This document shows positions 1-10,241 of a stretch of DNA of 64,000 nt, in pieces. Positions within the stretch are counted from its first letter, which is position 1, and every line of letters starts with the position of its first letter. The stretch is from Bacteroidaceae bacterium. Its GTDB lineage: Bacteria > Bacteroidota > Bacteroidia > Bacteroidales > Bacteroidaceae. Made by a program: the position numbers and the translations under genes. Where the stretch lies: contig JAKSJB010000005.1 in assembly GCA_024398475.1 (NCBI GenBank), positions 2,182-66,181 on the forward strand, read 5' to 3'. Under the pieces are notes generated by a model. It searched no databases. It saw only the letters and a program-made list of their open reading frames with translations, and was not told the origin of the DNA.

Positions 1-715
1 TACATTGATGCTGATGTCGGCTTCGTGCAGTAAGGACGATGATGCGTCTGATGTTCCTGAAAATGCGACTTTGGTGAAGAGAATATTTACTGAAGAGGTG
101 CATGCTGAGGACATTCCGCAACTGTTTGCAACCCAAGGGATTGAATATCATGACGTGGCTGTCCTGAATTGGGCTGACCCGTATTCCTATCTGCCTCAGG
201 TGGATTTTGCAATTGCGCACGACGGCAGGAACATTCTGATTCATTACCGTGTGACGGAAAAGCGCACTTTGGGTACGATGGAAATGGACCTTGACGGTGT
301 GTACAAGGAATCGTGCTGTGAACTGTTCTGCATGAAGGAGGGTGACAGCCAGTACTATAACATTGAATCAAACTGCATCGGTTCCATTCTGATGGAATGC
401 GGCAGCGGACGTGCCGGACGCTTTACGTCTACAGCCGAGAATCTTCGGCAGATTGAGCGTTGGGCTTCCCTTGGACGGAAGAGTGTAGGATACATTGACA
501 ATGAGACTCATTGGGAACTGGCGCTGGTGGTGCCTTCAACTGTATTCTGGAAACATTCCTATGGTTCGTTTGCCGGCAAGACGTTCCTTGCCAACGTTTA
601 CAACTGCGTAGGCAGCGGCGATGACCGCCAATATGTGACATGGCACCCTGTAATCTCTTCGGGTCCGGACTTCCACCGTCCGGAATTCTTCAGGCGTATC
701 TATTTTGAGAATTAA
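1..715 (+). CDS. CBM9/DOMON-like secreted lipoprotein (5' end outside window)
   Basis: The ORF is open to the window edge and has a lipobox-like LMSASC near the start. Its conserved pattern (AIAHDG..ILIHY, YYNIESNC.G, ANVYNC, FHRPEFF) resembles Bacteroidota carbohydrate-binding family 9-like proteins. This is recalled, not searched. Confidence 0.5.
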   Translation, partial: TLMLMSASCSKDDDASDVPENATLVKRIFTEEVHAEDIPQLFATQGIEYHDVAVLNWADPYSYLPQVDFAIAHDGRNILIHYRVTEKRTLGTMEMDLDGVYKESCCELFCMKEGDSQYYNIESNCIGSILMECGSGRAGRFTSTAENLRQIERWASLGRKSVGYIDNETHWELALVVPSTVFWKHSYGSFAGKTFLANVYNCVGSGDDRQYVTWHPVISSGPDFHRPEFFRRIYFEN

Positions 716-733
716 CCTAAAACGAATTATATT

Positions 734-907
734 ATGGGACTTTTGGAATTTATCAATGCTCTTACCAACATCGGCAGGGAGGAGGAAAACAAGAAGCGTC
801 GCATGTCGGATTATTCACGTGGGTATGAGGAAGGGTACGATGATTGCTGTGCCGACCTCGACGGTGGTTACGATGACTATGATGAGCATGACGCTCATGA
901 TGACTGA
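734..907 (+). CDS. possible 57-aa acidic small protein (below ORF-track cutoff)
   Basis: Hand translation from ATG 734 to TGA 905-907 gives MGLLEFINALTNIGREEENKKRRMSDYSRGYEEGYDDCCADLDGGYDDYDEHDAHDD. It starts 18 nt after the upstream stop. The competing 94-aa track ORF (705-989, other frame) reads like junk. Confidence 0.3.
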   Translation: MGLLEFINALTNIGREEENKKRRMSDYSRGYEEGYDDCCADLDGGYDDYDEHDAHDD

Positions 908-973
908 TCCGTGCTGCCACGAATCAGCGTTGCGTAGATTGTGTTTATTGCGTATATTACAGATTGATATAAG

Positions 974-1801
974 TCATTCTATTCCATGATATTGCTTCAT
1001 TCCCTGCATCGGTGCGCGCATGATGCTGCCTACCTTATAGCCATAGCGTGATGCTACTTCACGTATTTCGTCTTCATATACCCATGCTATGGAACCGACA
1101 AACGAACAGATGTCGGTGGCTGACTGTACGGATTTGGTATAGTTGACTATATTGCGCTGGAAAAACTGGCTGAAGCAATCCATGAGAAACAGACGTATCT
1201 CATGGTTGTCACGATGGCGCTGGCAGAACTGGCTTGTCTCTCCAAGAAACCGGTTTGGCATCGGCTGACGGTATACCCGGTTTATTATTTCTGCTGCAGT
1301 AAGGTTCGTTTCTTCATGAAACAATGTACACACCTGGGGCGAGAACTGCTGCTTGAGTATGTCGCCTACCAATCGCTTGCCTATGTATGCGGCACTGCCT
1401 TCGTCACCGAGTATATAGCCCAATGGTGATACGTTCATAATGATTGATGTGCCGTCATAGTAACATGAATTGGCTCCGGTTCCCAATATGCAGGCTATTC
1501 CTGACTGATGCTGAAGGAGGGCACGTGCTGCTCCCAGCATGTCGGACTGTACTTCTGCCGTACAGTTCATTTCTGCTTCAAGCAGCGTCTTGAGTCGGGG
1601 CGATGTCTCCGGTGTACATCCTGCTCCGTAGAAATAGATGCTGCTGACGGATTCATTCAACTGTGGGCGCAGTTCTTCGTTGATTATCCTGCGTATGTCG
1701 TCATCGCTTTGATGGAACGGATTGATTCCTGAGGTATGGAAGGTGGCTGTGTCACTACCCCACTCTGTCTTGGTGGAACCACTGTCGGCTATTAGTATCA
1801 T
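974..1801 (-). CDS. BadF/BadG/BcrA/BcrD-type ATPase (N-acetylglucosamine kinase-like)
   Basis: The N-terminal ILIADSGSTKTEW phosphate-binding motif and GTGANS motif are present. I chose the start at M16 (1801) because it makes an ATGA overlap with the upstream gene's stop (1798-1801). Confidence 0.7.
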   Translation of the reverse strand: MILIADSGSTKTEWGSDTATFHTSGINPFHQSDDDIRRIINEELRPQLNESVSSIYFYGAGCTPETSPRLKTLLEAEMNCTAEVQSDMLGAARALLQHQSGIACILGTGANSCYYDGTSIIMNVSPLGYILGDEGSAAYIGKRLVGDILKQQFSPQVCTLFHEETNLTAAEIINRVYRQPMPNRFLGETSQFCQRHRDNHEIRLFLMDCFSQFFQRNIVNYTKSVQSATDICSFVGSIAWVYEDEIREVASRYGYKVGSIMRAPMQGMKQYHGIE

Positions 1802-2844
1802 TGTGCGCTGAATTCCTTTATACGTTGTTCTTCGGACAGTTTGCATACGAGCAATGTTCCGTCTTTCTCTGCTACGATATATCCGTCAAGTCCCTGAAGC
1901 ACTACACGGCGCTCTTCGGAAGTATGAACGATACAGTTGCTGCATTCGTGAAGTTCAATGCGGGGTCCTATTGCTGCATTTCCGTCGGAGTCCTTTTCTG
2001 ACAGTGTTATGAGGGATCCCCATGTTCCTACATCGCTCCAGCCGAAATCGGCTGGGCATACATATATGTCCTTCGCCTTTTCCATGACTGCATAGTCGAT
2101 ACTGATGCTTGGACATGACGGAAAGAGTTCGTTGACTTTTGCCTGTTCGTCGGCTGTACCGAGATATGGCATGAGTGTGTCAAATACCTTGGCTACGTCT
2201 GCTGCATGCTGACTCAACTCGCTCACTATGGTCTGGACATTCCACACGAAGATACCTGAATTCCAGTAGAATTCCGGATGCTGTATGTATTCCTTTGCCG
2301 TTTCGAGGTTTGGCTTCTCACGGAACTGTGCTACCCTGTAGAATTCGGTAGGCTGTGAACTGTTTTCCCTTTCGATATATCCATAACCTGTTTCGGGACG
2401 TGTGGGTTTCATGCCGAGGGTTACGATGGCATTGTTGCCTGACGTGAATTCGAGTGCCTGACTGATTATACGCTGAAACTCGGTTATATTGACTACCATG
2501 TGGTCACTCGGTGTGATTACGAGGTTGGCATCGGGACATTCTTTTCTGATTCGCCAACTTACGTATGCTATGCATGGTGCAGTGTTGCGGCGGCATGGTT
2601 CTAGGAGTATGTGGTCAACCGGAATTTCCGGCAACTGTTCACGTACAATGTCCTTATAGGATTCACTTGTTACTACCCATACGTTTTCATTGGGAACGAT
2701 TCCCTTGAAACGGTCCAGTGTCAACTGAATAAAGGTGCGTCCGCATCCCATGACATCGATAAACTGCTTTGGGCACTCCGGTGTACTCATTGGCCAGAAA
2801 CGGCTTCCAACGCCTCCTGCCATTATTACTAAATGATTGTTCAT
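1798..2844 (-). CDS. manC: mannose-1-phosphate guanylyltransferase (sugar nucleotidyltransferase)
   Basis: It has the N-terminal MAGGVGSRFWPMS nucleotidyltransferase signature. Its length of 348 aa is typical of Bacteroidota ManC-like enzymes. Confidence 0.8.
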   Translation of the reverse strand: MNNHLVIMAGGVGSRFWPMSTPECPKQFIDVMGCGRTFIQLTLDRFKGIVPNENVWVVTSESYKDIVREQLPEIPVDHILLEPCRRNTAPCIAYVSWRIRKECPDANLVITPSDHMVVNITEFQRIISQALEFTSGNNAIVTLGMKPTRPETGYGYIERENSSQPTEFYRVAQFREKPNLETAKEYIQHPEFYWNSGIFVWNVQTIVSELSQHAADVAKVFDTLMPYLGTADEQAKVNELFPSCPSISIDYAVMEKAKDIYVCPADFGWSDVGTWGSLITLSEKDSDGNAAIGPRIELHECSNCIVHTSEERRVVLQGLDGYIVAEKDGTLLVCKLSEEQRIKEFSAQ

Positions 2845-3064
2845 ATCTGTTCCTGTATTGTTTGCCTTTTTTTGCCTTCAGCCATTGGAATCGGCTGGCG
2901 ATGTGGCATGTTAATATTATGTCTACTTCGAAGTCTATGACTGATGGCTGACAGCCAATGACTTCAAAACAACTGCAAATATACAACAAAAGCGACTAAC
3001 TACCAAAATAGTCAATCGCTTTTCTTTCCGCCTTAGGGACTTATGCCCCTTCGACTGATGTTTT

Positions 3065-3607
3065 TTAAGCCTCTGCTGGAGTTTCCTCTGCTGGTGCTTC
3101 TTCTGCTGCTTCGGCATTTTCTTCTGCTGGAGCCTCTGCAGCGAGAGCAGCAGCCTTCTTGTCTGCTACTTTCTGAGCGATAGCATCGTTAACCTTCTTT
3201 TCAGCAGCAAGACGTGCTTCGTAAGCAGCCTTCTTTTCAGCAGCCTTCTGTGCTTCGAAAGCATTTGCCTTATTGTCCTTCTCTGCCTTCCATGCATCGA
3301 ACTTAGCCTGTGCAGCCTGTTCGTCGAATGCGCCTTTCTTTACACCGCCAAGGAGGTGCTTCATCATATAAACGCCTTCTGATGAAAGGATGTTGCGAAC
3401 TGTGTCAGTTGGCTGAGCACCGCACTGTACCCAATAAAGTGCGCGGTCAAATTTCAAATCAATAGTAGCAGGATTGGTATTTGGGTTGTAAGTACCAATC
3501 TTTTCAACGAATCGACCATCACGTGGTGCATTTACGTCTGCGATTACGATAGCATAGAAAGCGTAGTTCTTGCGACCGTTACGCTGCAATCTAATTTTAG
3601 TTGCCAT
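3065..3607 (-). CDS. rpsP: 30S ribosomal protein S16 with Ala/Lys/Glu-rich C-terminal extension
   Basis: The sequence [33 protein letters not shown]...YNP is the canonical S16 core. The C-terminal ~90 aa are low-complexity. Confidence 0.95.
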   Translation of the reverse strand: MATKIRLQRNGRKNYAFYAIVIADVNAPRDGRFVEKIGTYNPNTNPATIDLKFDRALYWVQCGAQPTDTVRNILSSEGVYMMKHLLGGVKKGAFDEQAAQAKFDAWKAEKDNKANAFEAQKAAEKKAAYEARLAAEKKVNDAIAQKVADKKAAALAAEAPAEENAEAAEEAPAEETPAEA

Positions 3608-3744
3608 TTGTTTTTGTCTTGTTTTTAATTGTTATTAATATGATTTGAAGTGCTACTAACTCGTAATAGCGGCTGCAAAGTTACTAAATATATTTTAACT
3701 GACAATATATTCTTATGCAAAAATGCAAAAAAACGTCCTCAATA

Positions 3745-5235
3745 TCATTCATTTACTGTATCGGATGGCTTTGCTGACGGGGCTTTTATGGTCCAGCCGA
3801 ACCATGCATATATGAATGACATCAATGGGCTGATGTAGTTGAAGAAACAGAATGGTAAGTATAGAAGAGTCGGTACTCCCAGTATCATTGCCTGTGTCAT
3901 ACCGCATGAACTCCATGGGATAAGTACTGAGGTTACGGTTGCACTGTCTTCTGTTGAACGTGAAAGCAACTTCTTCTCGTATCCCAAATCCTTATATGCG
4001 TCATTGAATATGTTTGTTGTCAGAATTATTGATATATATTGGTCGCATGTAAGGAGATTCATGAAGATTCCTGACAGAAGGGTTGAGCCTACCAATTGTC
4101 TGCGTCCGGTGATGCAACTGACAAGGGACTTTGTTATTGACTGCAACATACCGCTTGCCACCATGACTCCGCCGAAACACATTGCACATAGAATCAGCCA
4201 TACAGTCTTCATCATTCCAAACATTCCGCCGGTTGAAACAAGATCGTCAAGAACTTCATATCCGGTATTGATGTGGGTTTCGGATGTCAGCATGAGAACA
4301 GTTCCCTTTGCCAACTGCTGCCAACCATCGCAACCATCTCCTGCTATCTCACGCAGAAGATCCGGCTGCATATAAAGAGCAGTTACTGCTGCCAGGACGG
4401 AGGAAAGAAACAGGGTGATGAGTGATGGTACTTTCTTTGCTATCATAATTCCGGTTACTACCGGTACAAACAATGTAAGAGGATTGATATTGAACTTGGA
4501 TTCCAGAACTGTCTTGAACTCATCTACGTCGACACTGATGCCTTTGGCTGCAAGTACAAATCCTGCAACAAGGAATATTGCAAGTGTGATGCATATTGAC
4601 GGCAAGGTGGTTCGCATCATGTATTTGACGTGAGTGAATATATTTACGTCTGCTACTGCGGATGCCAGGATGGTTGTATCACTGAGAGGACTTATCTTAT
4701 CGCCGAAATAGGCTCCGGAAATGATTGCTCCTGCTGCCCAATATACAGGTATTCCTATGGCTGTACCGATTCCTATCAATGCTACGCCGATTGTGGCAAT
4801 GGTAGTCCATGACGAACCTGTCATAACCGATACGGCTGCACATATTATACAGGTAACGAAAAGATACAATACAGGAGATACTATCTGTACACCATAATAT
4901 ATAAGTGTAGGTACTACTCCGCATATCATCCATGATGCCGACATCATACCTATCAGCAGGAGAATGACAATGGATGTAGATGCGTCACGAATAGTATCTT
5001 TCATTCCGTTTTCCAACTGTTTCCAAGGTATGTCATAATACCATAATGATATACATATACATAGTGCAGTTGATACCAGCAATGATATCTGGCTACCACC
5101 GGACAGGGCATCGTTGCCGAACAGGATTACAACAACTACCATCATTAGTATCAATACAATGATTGGTAACAAGGACACTAACGGATTGACTGTTTTTTTC
5201 TGTTGGATTTTTTCAGTATTAATTTCCTGTGACAT
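3745..5235 (-). CDS. nhaC: Na+/H+ antiporter NhaC family
   Basis: This is a 496-aa polytopic membrane protein. Its size and hydrophobic pattern are typical of NhaC-type antiporters. Confidence 0.7.
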   Translation of the reverse strand: MSQEINTEKIQQKKTVNPLVSLLPIIVLILMMVVVVILFGNDALSGGSQISLLVSTALCICISLWYYDIPWKQLENGMKDTIRDASTSIVILLLIGMMSASWMICGVVPTLIYYGVQIVSPVLYLFVTCIICAAVSVMTGSSWTTIATIGVALIGIGTAIGIPVYWAAGAIISGAYFGDKISPLSDTTILASAVADVNIFTHVKYMMRTTLPSICITLAIFLVAGFVLAAKGISVDVDEFKTVLESKFNINPLTLFVPVVTGIMIAKKVPSLITLFLSSVLAAVTALYMQPDLLREIAGDGCDGWQQLAKGTVLMLTSETHINTGYEVLDDLVSTGGMFGMMKTVWLILCAMCFGGVMVASGMLQSITKSLVSCITGRRQLVGSTLLSGIFMNLLTCDQYISIILTTNIFNDAYKDLGYEKKLLSRSTEDSATVTSVLIPWSSCGMTQAMILGVPTLLYLPFCFFNYISPLMSFIYAWFGWTIKAPSAKPSDTVNE

Positions 5236-5251
5236 AATTATTTTTTTAGGT

Positions 5252-6499
5252 TTATTCGCCGTTTAATATCATATTCAAGACTACCTCGTTACGGTTACCG
5301 TAGGGATAGAGTTGTACGTATTCATACTCGTCAACTTTAACATCAGGAACCACCTTTGCTGCAGGACTGCCGGTACAGTCTGTCACGAATGCTGCAGCAT
5401 AATGCAAGGTATAGGAATATGGGCTCTGCAGTTCTTCCAGAAGGAGATCCTGACCGGCTGACGGTGTGCCATATACATGAATCCTACCTTCATCTGACAT
5501 ACTTTTCAGTCCCTGAATGAGCCATTCTGATGCTCCTTGGGTATAGTTACCGGTGATAAAGAATATTTCGCCTGTATAATTCGGAGTGTCAATCATGTAT
5601 GACTTGTTTTCACCACTACGTGATGTCTTATAGGTGGTATTGAGGAATGTACCGGACTTATCGGAAAGAAGTGAAGCAAACTCCAAGGCCTTGTCTATCG
5701 TTCCCTGATTGCACAGACGCAAATCCACAATGACAGTCCTTGGGTTTGTCTTAAGTAAGGATTTCAGGGCTGGTACGCCTTCATCTCCGTCGAGATTGGT
5801 CAGCATGATATATGCCGTAGTTGAGTTCACCATGAAACTGTTCATGACCTGACCTTCGTCAACCTTGCGTGAACTGCCCATCATGACTGTATTCTCTGAT
5901 TGCCAGAACAAAGAACCGTCTTCTGCATTATATCCGAGTTCATTGACGGTCAAGGTACGGCTTCTGCCCTGCTTCAACTGTTCGATGTTCTTTGATGTCA
6001 CTTTTTCGCCGTCTATAAGTGAGACGAAGCAACCTCGTTCCAAACCACACTCAAATGCAGGGGACTGAGGATATACGTTGAGTATGCGCGCGTACTGCTT
6101 GGTAGTCTCTCCAGTTGGATCTATCATGATTACATAGTCAAGTCCATAAGAATTGACATGGTTGAATGTACCACGTTCATGATGGTCGACCAACAATGTG
6201 TCTATGTTTACGTATGACCATTTGTCACCATTCGGTGCCTGCTTTGTGAGTTTTTCAAGAAAGGCAGCCGGAGACGCAAAATAATCCTTCCATTCCAATG
6301 GTTTCAACGAATCGCCCCATAGGTAGTTTGCCTTCATCATATCTTCGGCATAATGTCCGGGCATAGTCAGTTCATCGTACTCATAGGTACGGTCTTCACC
6401 ACACGATACGATATATGCTGACATAACAGACATGCAGACAACTGTCAGAAATGACTTGACTGATGATTTCAATCCTTTATCTATGGTGCGGTGATACAT
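5252..6499 (-). CDS. S41-like (tail-specific protease-like) lipoprotein
   Basis: It has a signal peptide ending in IVSCGED and a C-terminal S41-like region (VIVDLRLCNQG...ASEW). Recognition is weak. Confidence 0.45.
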   Translation of the reverse strand: MYHRTIDKGLKSSVKSFLTVVCMSVMSAYIVSCGEDRTYEYDELTMPGHYAEDMMKANYLWGDSLKPLEWKDYFASPAAFLEKLTKQAPNGDKWSYVNIDTLLVDHHERGTFNHVNSYGLDYVIMIDPTGETTKQYARILNVYPQSPAFECGLERGCFVSLIDGEKVTSKNIEQLKQGRSRTLTVNELGYNAEDGSLFWQSENTVMMGSSRKVDEGQVMNSFMVNSTTAYIMLTNLDGDEGVPALKSLLKTNPRTVIVDLRLCNQGTIDKALEFASLLSDKSGTFLNTTYKTSRSGENKSYMIDTPNYTGEIFFITGNYTQGASEWLIQGLKSMSDEGRIHVYGTPSAGQDLLLEELQSPYSYTLHYAAAFVTDCTGSPAAKVVPDVKVDEYEYVQLYPYGNRNEVVLNMILNGE

Positions 6500-6548
6500 G
6501 TGTCTATTATATTTTTAGGAGTGGAAATAAATTTCTTCAATTACCTTT

Positions 6549-8333
6549 TCAGTCATCGAGTTTCAGTACGGCAAGGAATGCTTTCTGAGGTACGGATACG
6601 TTTCCTATCTGTTTCATGCGTTTCTTTCCTGCCTTCTGCTTTTCCAGCAACTTACGCTTACGACTGACGTCACCGCCGTAACACTTGGCAAGGACATCCT
6701 TACGTACCTGCTTAACTGTTTCACGTGCCACTATCTTTCCTCCTATGGCTGCCTGTATGGCTATATCGAACTGCTGACGAGGAAGAAGATCCTTCAGACG
6801 TTCACACATACGGCGACCTAAGGTCACAGCATTGTCAACATGAGTAAGTGTGCTGAGTGCATCGACACTTTCTCCGTTAAGCAGTATGTCCAACTTGACG
6901 AGTTTGGACGGACGGAAACCGGCGCTGTGGTAGTCAAATGAAGCATAGCCACGACTGATACTCTTTAGTTTGTCGTAAAAGTCTATGACAATCTCACCCA
7001 GCGGCATGAGGAACTGAATCTCCACCCGGTTACCTGCAATGAATTCCTGCTTTACCAGTTCACCACGCTTACCAAGACAAAGTGTCATGATTGGACCTAT
7101 ATAGGTTGTGGTAGTGATGATTGTGGCATTGATATATGGTTCTTCCACATGTTCAATAAGTGTCGGATCAGGCATGGACGAAGGATTGTGTACTTCCGTT
7201 GCTGCTCCGTGCTTGTCGTATATCATGTAGGACACGTTTGGAACAGTAGTAATGACATTCATATTGAATTCACGGTCGAGACGTTCCTGAACTATCTCCA
7301 TGTGAAGCAGTCCGAGGAAACCACATCGGAAACCAAATCCCAAGGCTGCGGAACTCTCGTGCTGGAATGTGAGTGAAGCATCGTTGAGTTGAAGTTTTTC
7401 CAATGACGTGCGAAGGTTTTCATAATCTTCCGTTTCTATTGGATAGACACCTGCAAAGACCATAGGCTTCACTTCCTGGAATCCCTCGATGCATTTTTCG
7501 CTGGCATTGGCAACGGTGGTGATTGTATCTCCTACCTTTACTTCTACAGCATTCTTGATTCCAGATACGATATAGCCTACGTCTCCGGTTCGGAGTTCCT
7601 TACGCGGAATCATATCCATCTTGAGTACACCTATTTCCTCTGCAAGATATTCTTTCTTGGTATTTATGAAACGTACCTTTTCACCAGGGCGCATAACACC
7701 GTTTACGATCTTGAAATATGCTATGATTCCCCGGAATGAATTGAATACGGAATCAAAGATAAGAGCCTGAAGCGGTGCTTTGTCGTCACCTGTAGGATGT
7801 GGTATGCGTTCCACGACTGCATCTAGAATTTCATCGACACCCATTCCTGTCTTACCTGAAGCAAGAATAATCTCCTCCCTCTTGCATCCTATAAGGTCGA
7901 TTATTTCATCTGCCACTTCCTCAGGCATGGCATTTGGCATATCACATTTATTGATTACAGGAATAATTTCCAAATCATGGTCGATTGCCATGTATAGATT
8001 TGATATAGTCTGTGCCTGAACACCCTGAGTGGCATCGACTATAAGCAAGGCACCTTCACACGCAGCAATACTTCGGCTTACCTCATAGGAGAAGTCAACG
8101 TGTCCCGGAGTGTCAATGAGATTGAGAGTATATATCTCGCCATTATGCTTGTACTCCATCTGAATGGCGTGGCTCTTGATTGTAATACCACGTTCCTTCT
8201 CCAAATCCATGTCATCAAGCATCTGACCCTCAGTTATCTTAATGGTGTTGGTGTGTTCCAGCAATCTATCGGCAATGGTTGACTTTCCATGGTCGATATG
8301 GGCTATGATACAGAAATTCCTAATATTTTTCAC
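6549..8333 (-). CDS. lepA: translation elongation factor 4
   Basis: [22 protein letters not shown] and NKCD GTPase motifs are present. The LepA-specific C-terminus ([22 protein letters not shown]) is also present. Confidence 0.97.
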   Translation of the reverse strand: MKNIRNFCIIAHIDHGKSTIADRLLEHTNTIKITEGQMLDDMDLEKERGITIKSHAIQMEYKHNGEIYTLNLIDTPGHVDFSYEVSRSIAACEGALLIVDATQGVQAQTISNLYMAIDHDLEIIPVINKCDMPNAMPEEVADEIIDLIGCKREEIILASGKTGMGVDEILDAVVERIPHPTGDDKAPLQALIFDSVFNSFRGIIAYFKIVNGVMRPGEKVRFINTKKEYLAEEIGVLKMDMIPRKELRTGDVGYIVSGIKNAVEVKVGDTITTVANASEKCIEGFQEVKPMVFAGVYPIETEDYENLRTSLEKLQLNDASLTFQHESSAALGFGFRCGFLGLLHMEIVQERLDREFNMNVITTVPNVSYMIYDKHGAATEVHNPSSMPDPTLIEHVEEPYINATIITTTTYIGPIMTLCLGKRGELVKQEFIAGNRVEIQFLMPLGEIVIDFYDKLKSISRGYASFDYHSAGFRPSKLVKLDILLNGESVDALSTLTHVDNAVTLGRRMCERLKDLLPRQQFDIAIQAAIGGKIVARETVKQVRKDVLAKCYGGDVSRKRKLLEKQKAGKKRMKQIGNVSVPQKAFLAVLKLDD

Positions 8334-8515
8334 TTATTGAATGTGTTGTTTTGTTATTAATAAAAGATGCGTCAAAACGTCCCTTTCCATTGCATTTCAG
8401 GAAGGACACGTATGAAACGGCATATAATGCGAGACAAAATTACGCATTATTTTTGTAACAATAGGTGTATTAGAAAGAAAAAGTCACATTTGTAATAAAA
8501 AAATGCGCGGAGGAA

Positions 8516-9238
8516 CTATCCTCTGCGCATTTGCTGAAGCAATGACTTCTGACCATCAGTCAGATTGGTCGGTAATGTTACGTTAAGAGTAAGTATCAGG
8601 TCACCGCGTGTTCCGTCGGGTAAAGGATTACCCTTGCCTTTCAGTCGGATTTTACTTCCAGGCTGAGTTCCCGGTTTTATCTTCAGTCGAAGTTTCTCAT
8701 TGCCTACGTTCAGTATTATTTCATCACCGAGAATGGCTTGATACATGTCAATCGCTATGGCAGACTCCGCATCAGTACTGCCACTTTGTCGTGAACCTGT
8801 AGATGTACGTCGTTTCCCGGAAGGTCTCTGGCCTTTCAGTCCCGAGAACAATTCAGAGAAGAAATCCGAGAATCCACCGTTACCGAAATTAAACTCAAAG
8901 CCACCACCAAAAGGGTCACCCCCGCCCTGTCCGCCGAATGGATTGAAACCACCGCCGAAAGGATTGCCTCCATAGTTTCCACCGCCGTTAAAACCTCCGG
9001 CACCACCCATGCTGTTCCATTGTTCGCCATATTGGTCGTAACGAGCCCGCTTGTCGGGATCGCTGAGCACATCGTATGCCTCATTCAGCATCTGGAACTT
9101 GGCCTTTGCCTTTGGATCATCGGGATGAAGGTCGGGATGAAACTGCTTGGAACGTTTACGGTATGCTGCCTTTATCTCGTCCTGAGGAATATCCTTACTA
9201 ACTCCGAGAATCTTGTAATAGTCTATGAACTTTGCCAC
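8516..9238 (-). CDS. J-domain protein (CbpA/DnaJ-like, no zinc finger)
   Basis: It has a J-domain with HPD (YYKILGV...FHPDLHP), a Gly/Phe-rich linker and a C-terminal DnaJ-type substrate-binding domain. Confidence 0.85.
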   Translation of the reverse strand: MAKFIDYYKILGVSKDIPQDEIKAAYRKRSKQFHPDLHPDDPKAKAKFQMLNEAYDVLSDPDKRARYDQYGEQWNSMGGAGGFNGGGNYGGNPFGGGFNPFGGQGGGDPFGGGFEFNFGNGGFSDFFSELFSGLKGQRPSGKRRTSTGSRQSGSTDAESAIAIDMYQAILGDEIILNVGNEKLRLKIKPGTQPGSKIRLKGKGNPLPDGTRGDLILTLNVTLPTNLTDGQKSLLQQMRRG

Positions 9239-9329
9239 TGCAGTAATTATTTATTCAGTTCTGATGAAATTAAACAATATGCGGGAAAATCCCCACATTA
9301 CAGACAACAAATATCATGCCAAGGACACA

Positions 9330-9659
9330 TCAGGACATAGGATACGTCAAAATGTAGTCGCAGAGAGTGGCATTACTGTCAGACAATAGACAGCAATACT
9401 GAATGTCCATATCTGGATTGACTTTTATACCAAGTTCCCTGAAACGCTGACTGAGTTCGGAAAGACATTCCAGACATTCCTCAAACGTCAATCCGTTTTC
9501 GGGCAGATTCACAAGAATTGTTCGAGGAGCACAGCCTTTCTCAAAATTTATGGCAGCAACATTGATTGGATATCCTATAGTATATTCGAAATGACGTCCG
9601 ACCTGAAACTGAGGAGAAGCCAAAGTAAGGAAAATATTAAGTAAAGGTTTAGCATCCAT
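9330..9659 (-). CDS. hypothetical protein (109 aa)
   Basis: This ORF sits 91 nt upstream of, and co-directional with, the J-domain gene. No motif was recognised. Confidence 0.4.
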   Translation of the reverse strand: MDAKPLLNIFLTLASPQFQVGRHFEYTIGYPINVAAINFEKGCAPRTILVNLPENGLTFEECLECLSELSQRFRELGIKVNPDMDIQYCCLLSDSNATLCDYILTYPMS

Positions 9660-9779
9660 AAAGGTATCAGGTAATTAAATGAGGTATTAAGTAATAAGGA
9701 TAAAAATATTCTATATGCAAAACAGAAGCCCGCCAACCCATACTAAAGTATGAACCTGCGGACTTCAGTTATGTTACGA

Positions 9780-10220
9780 CTACTTTGATGCAGCCTTTTT
9801 CAGTTCTTCCTTTGGAAGAGCACTCATGTCGCCCTGAATGAATACACGACTCATTTCTTCCTTGCAGTTGGAAAACACCTGTACATATTTTCTGAACTTG
9901 CCAGGCATTTTTCCAGTACCGTCGTAAGTGACCTTGATTTCACCTGTAGCACCAGGGTTGATAAAATCCTTTGGGTATTCAGCAACCGTACAGCCACATG
10001 CGGTGTGAACATAGTTGATGACCAACTTGCCCTTACCTACATTCGTAAACTTGAACACACATGTCCGAATCGGGTCATCCTGTGAGAATGTACCAAAATC
10101 AATAGTTGTCTTCTCGAACTTGATTTCAGGCTTCTTGTCTGCATAGGCATTGACTGTCAGCAACATCATTGCTACAATCAAAAGTGACATCTTAGTCAGT
10201 TTTTTCAATTCCTTTTCCAT
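9780..10220 (-). CDS. DUF1573-like secreted protein
   Basis: It has a signal peptide and then F.F.N.G...L.I..V...CGCT, the hallmark of the DUF1573 family common in Bacteroidota. Confidence 0.7.
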   Translation of the reverse strand: MEKELKKLTKMSLLIVAMMLLTVNAYADKKPEIKFEKTTIDFGTFSQDDPIRTCVFKFTNVGKGKLVINYVHTACGCTVAEYPKDFINPGATGEIKVTYDGTGKMPGKFRKYVQVFSNCKEEMSRVFIQGDMSALPKEELKKAASK

Positions 10221-10241
10221 AGATTTATTTTCTTTAAACTG

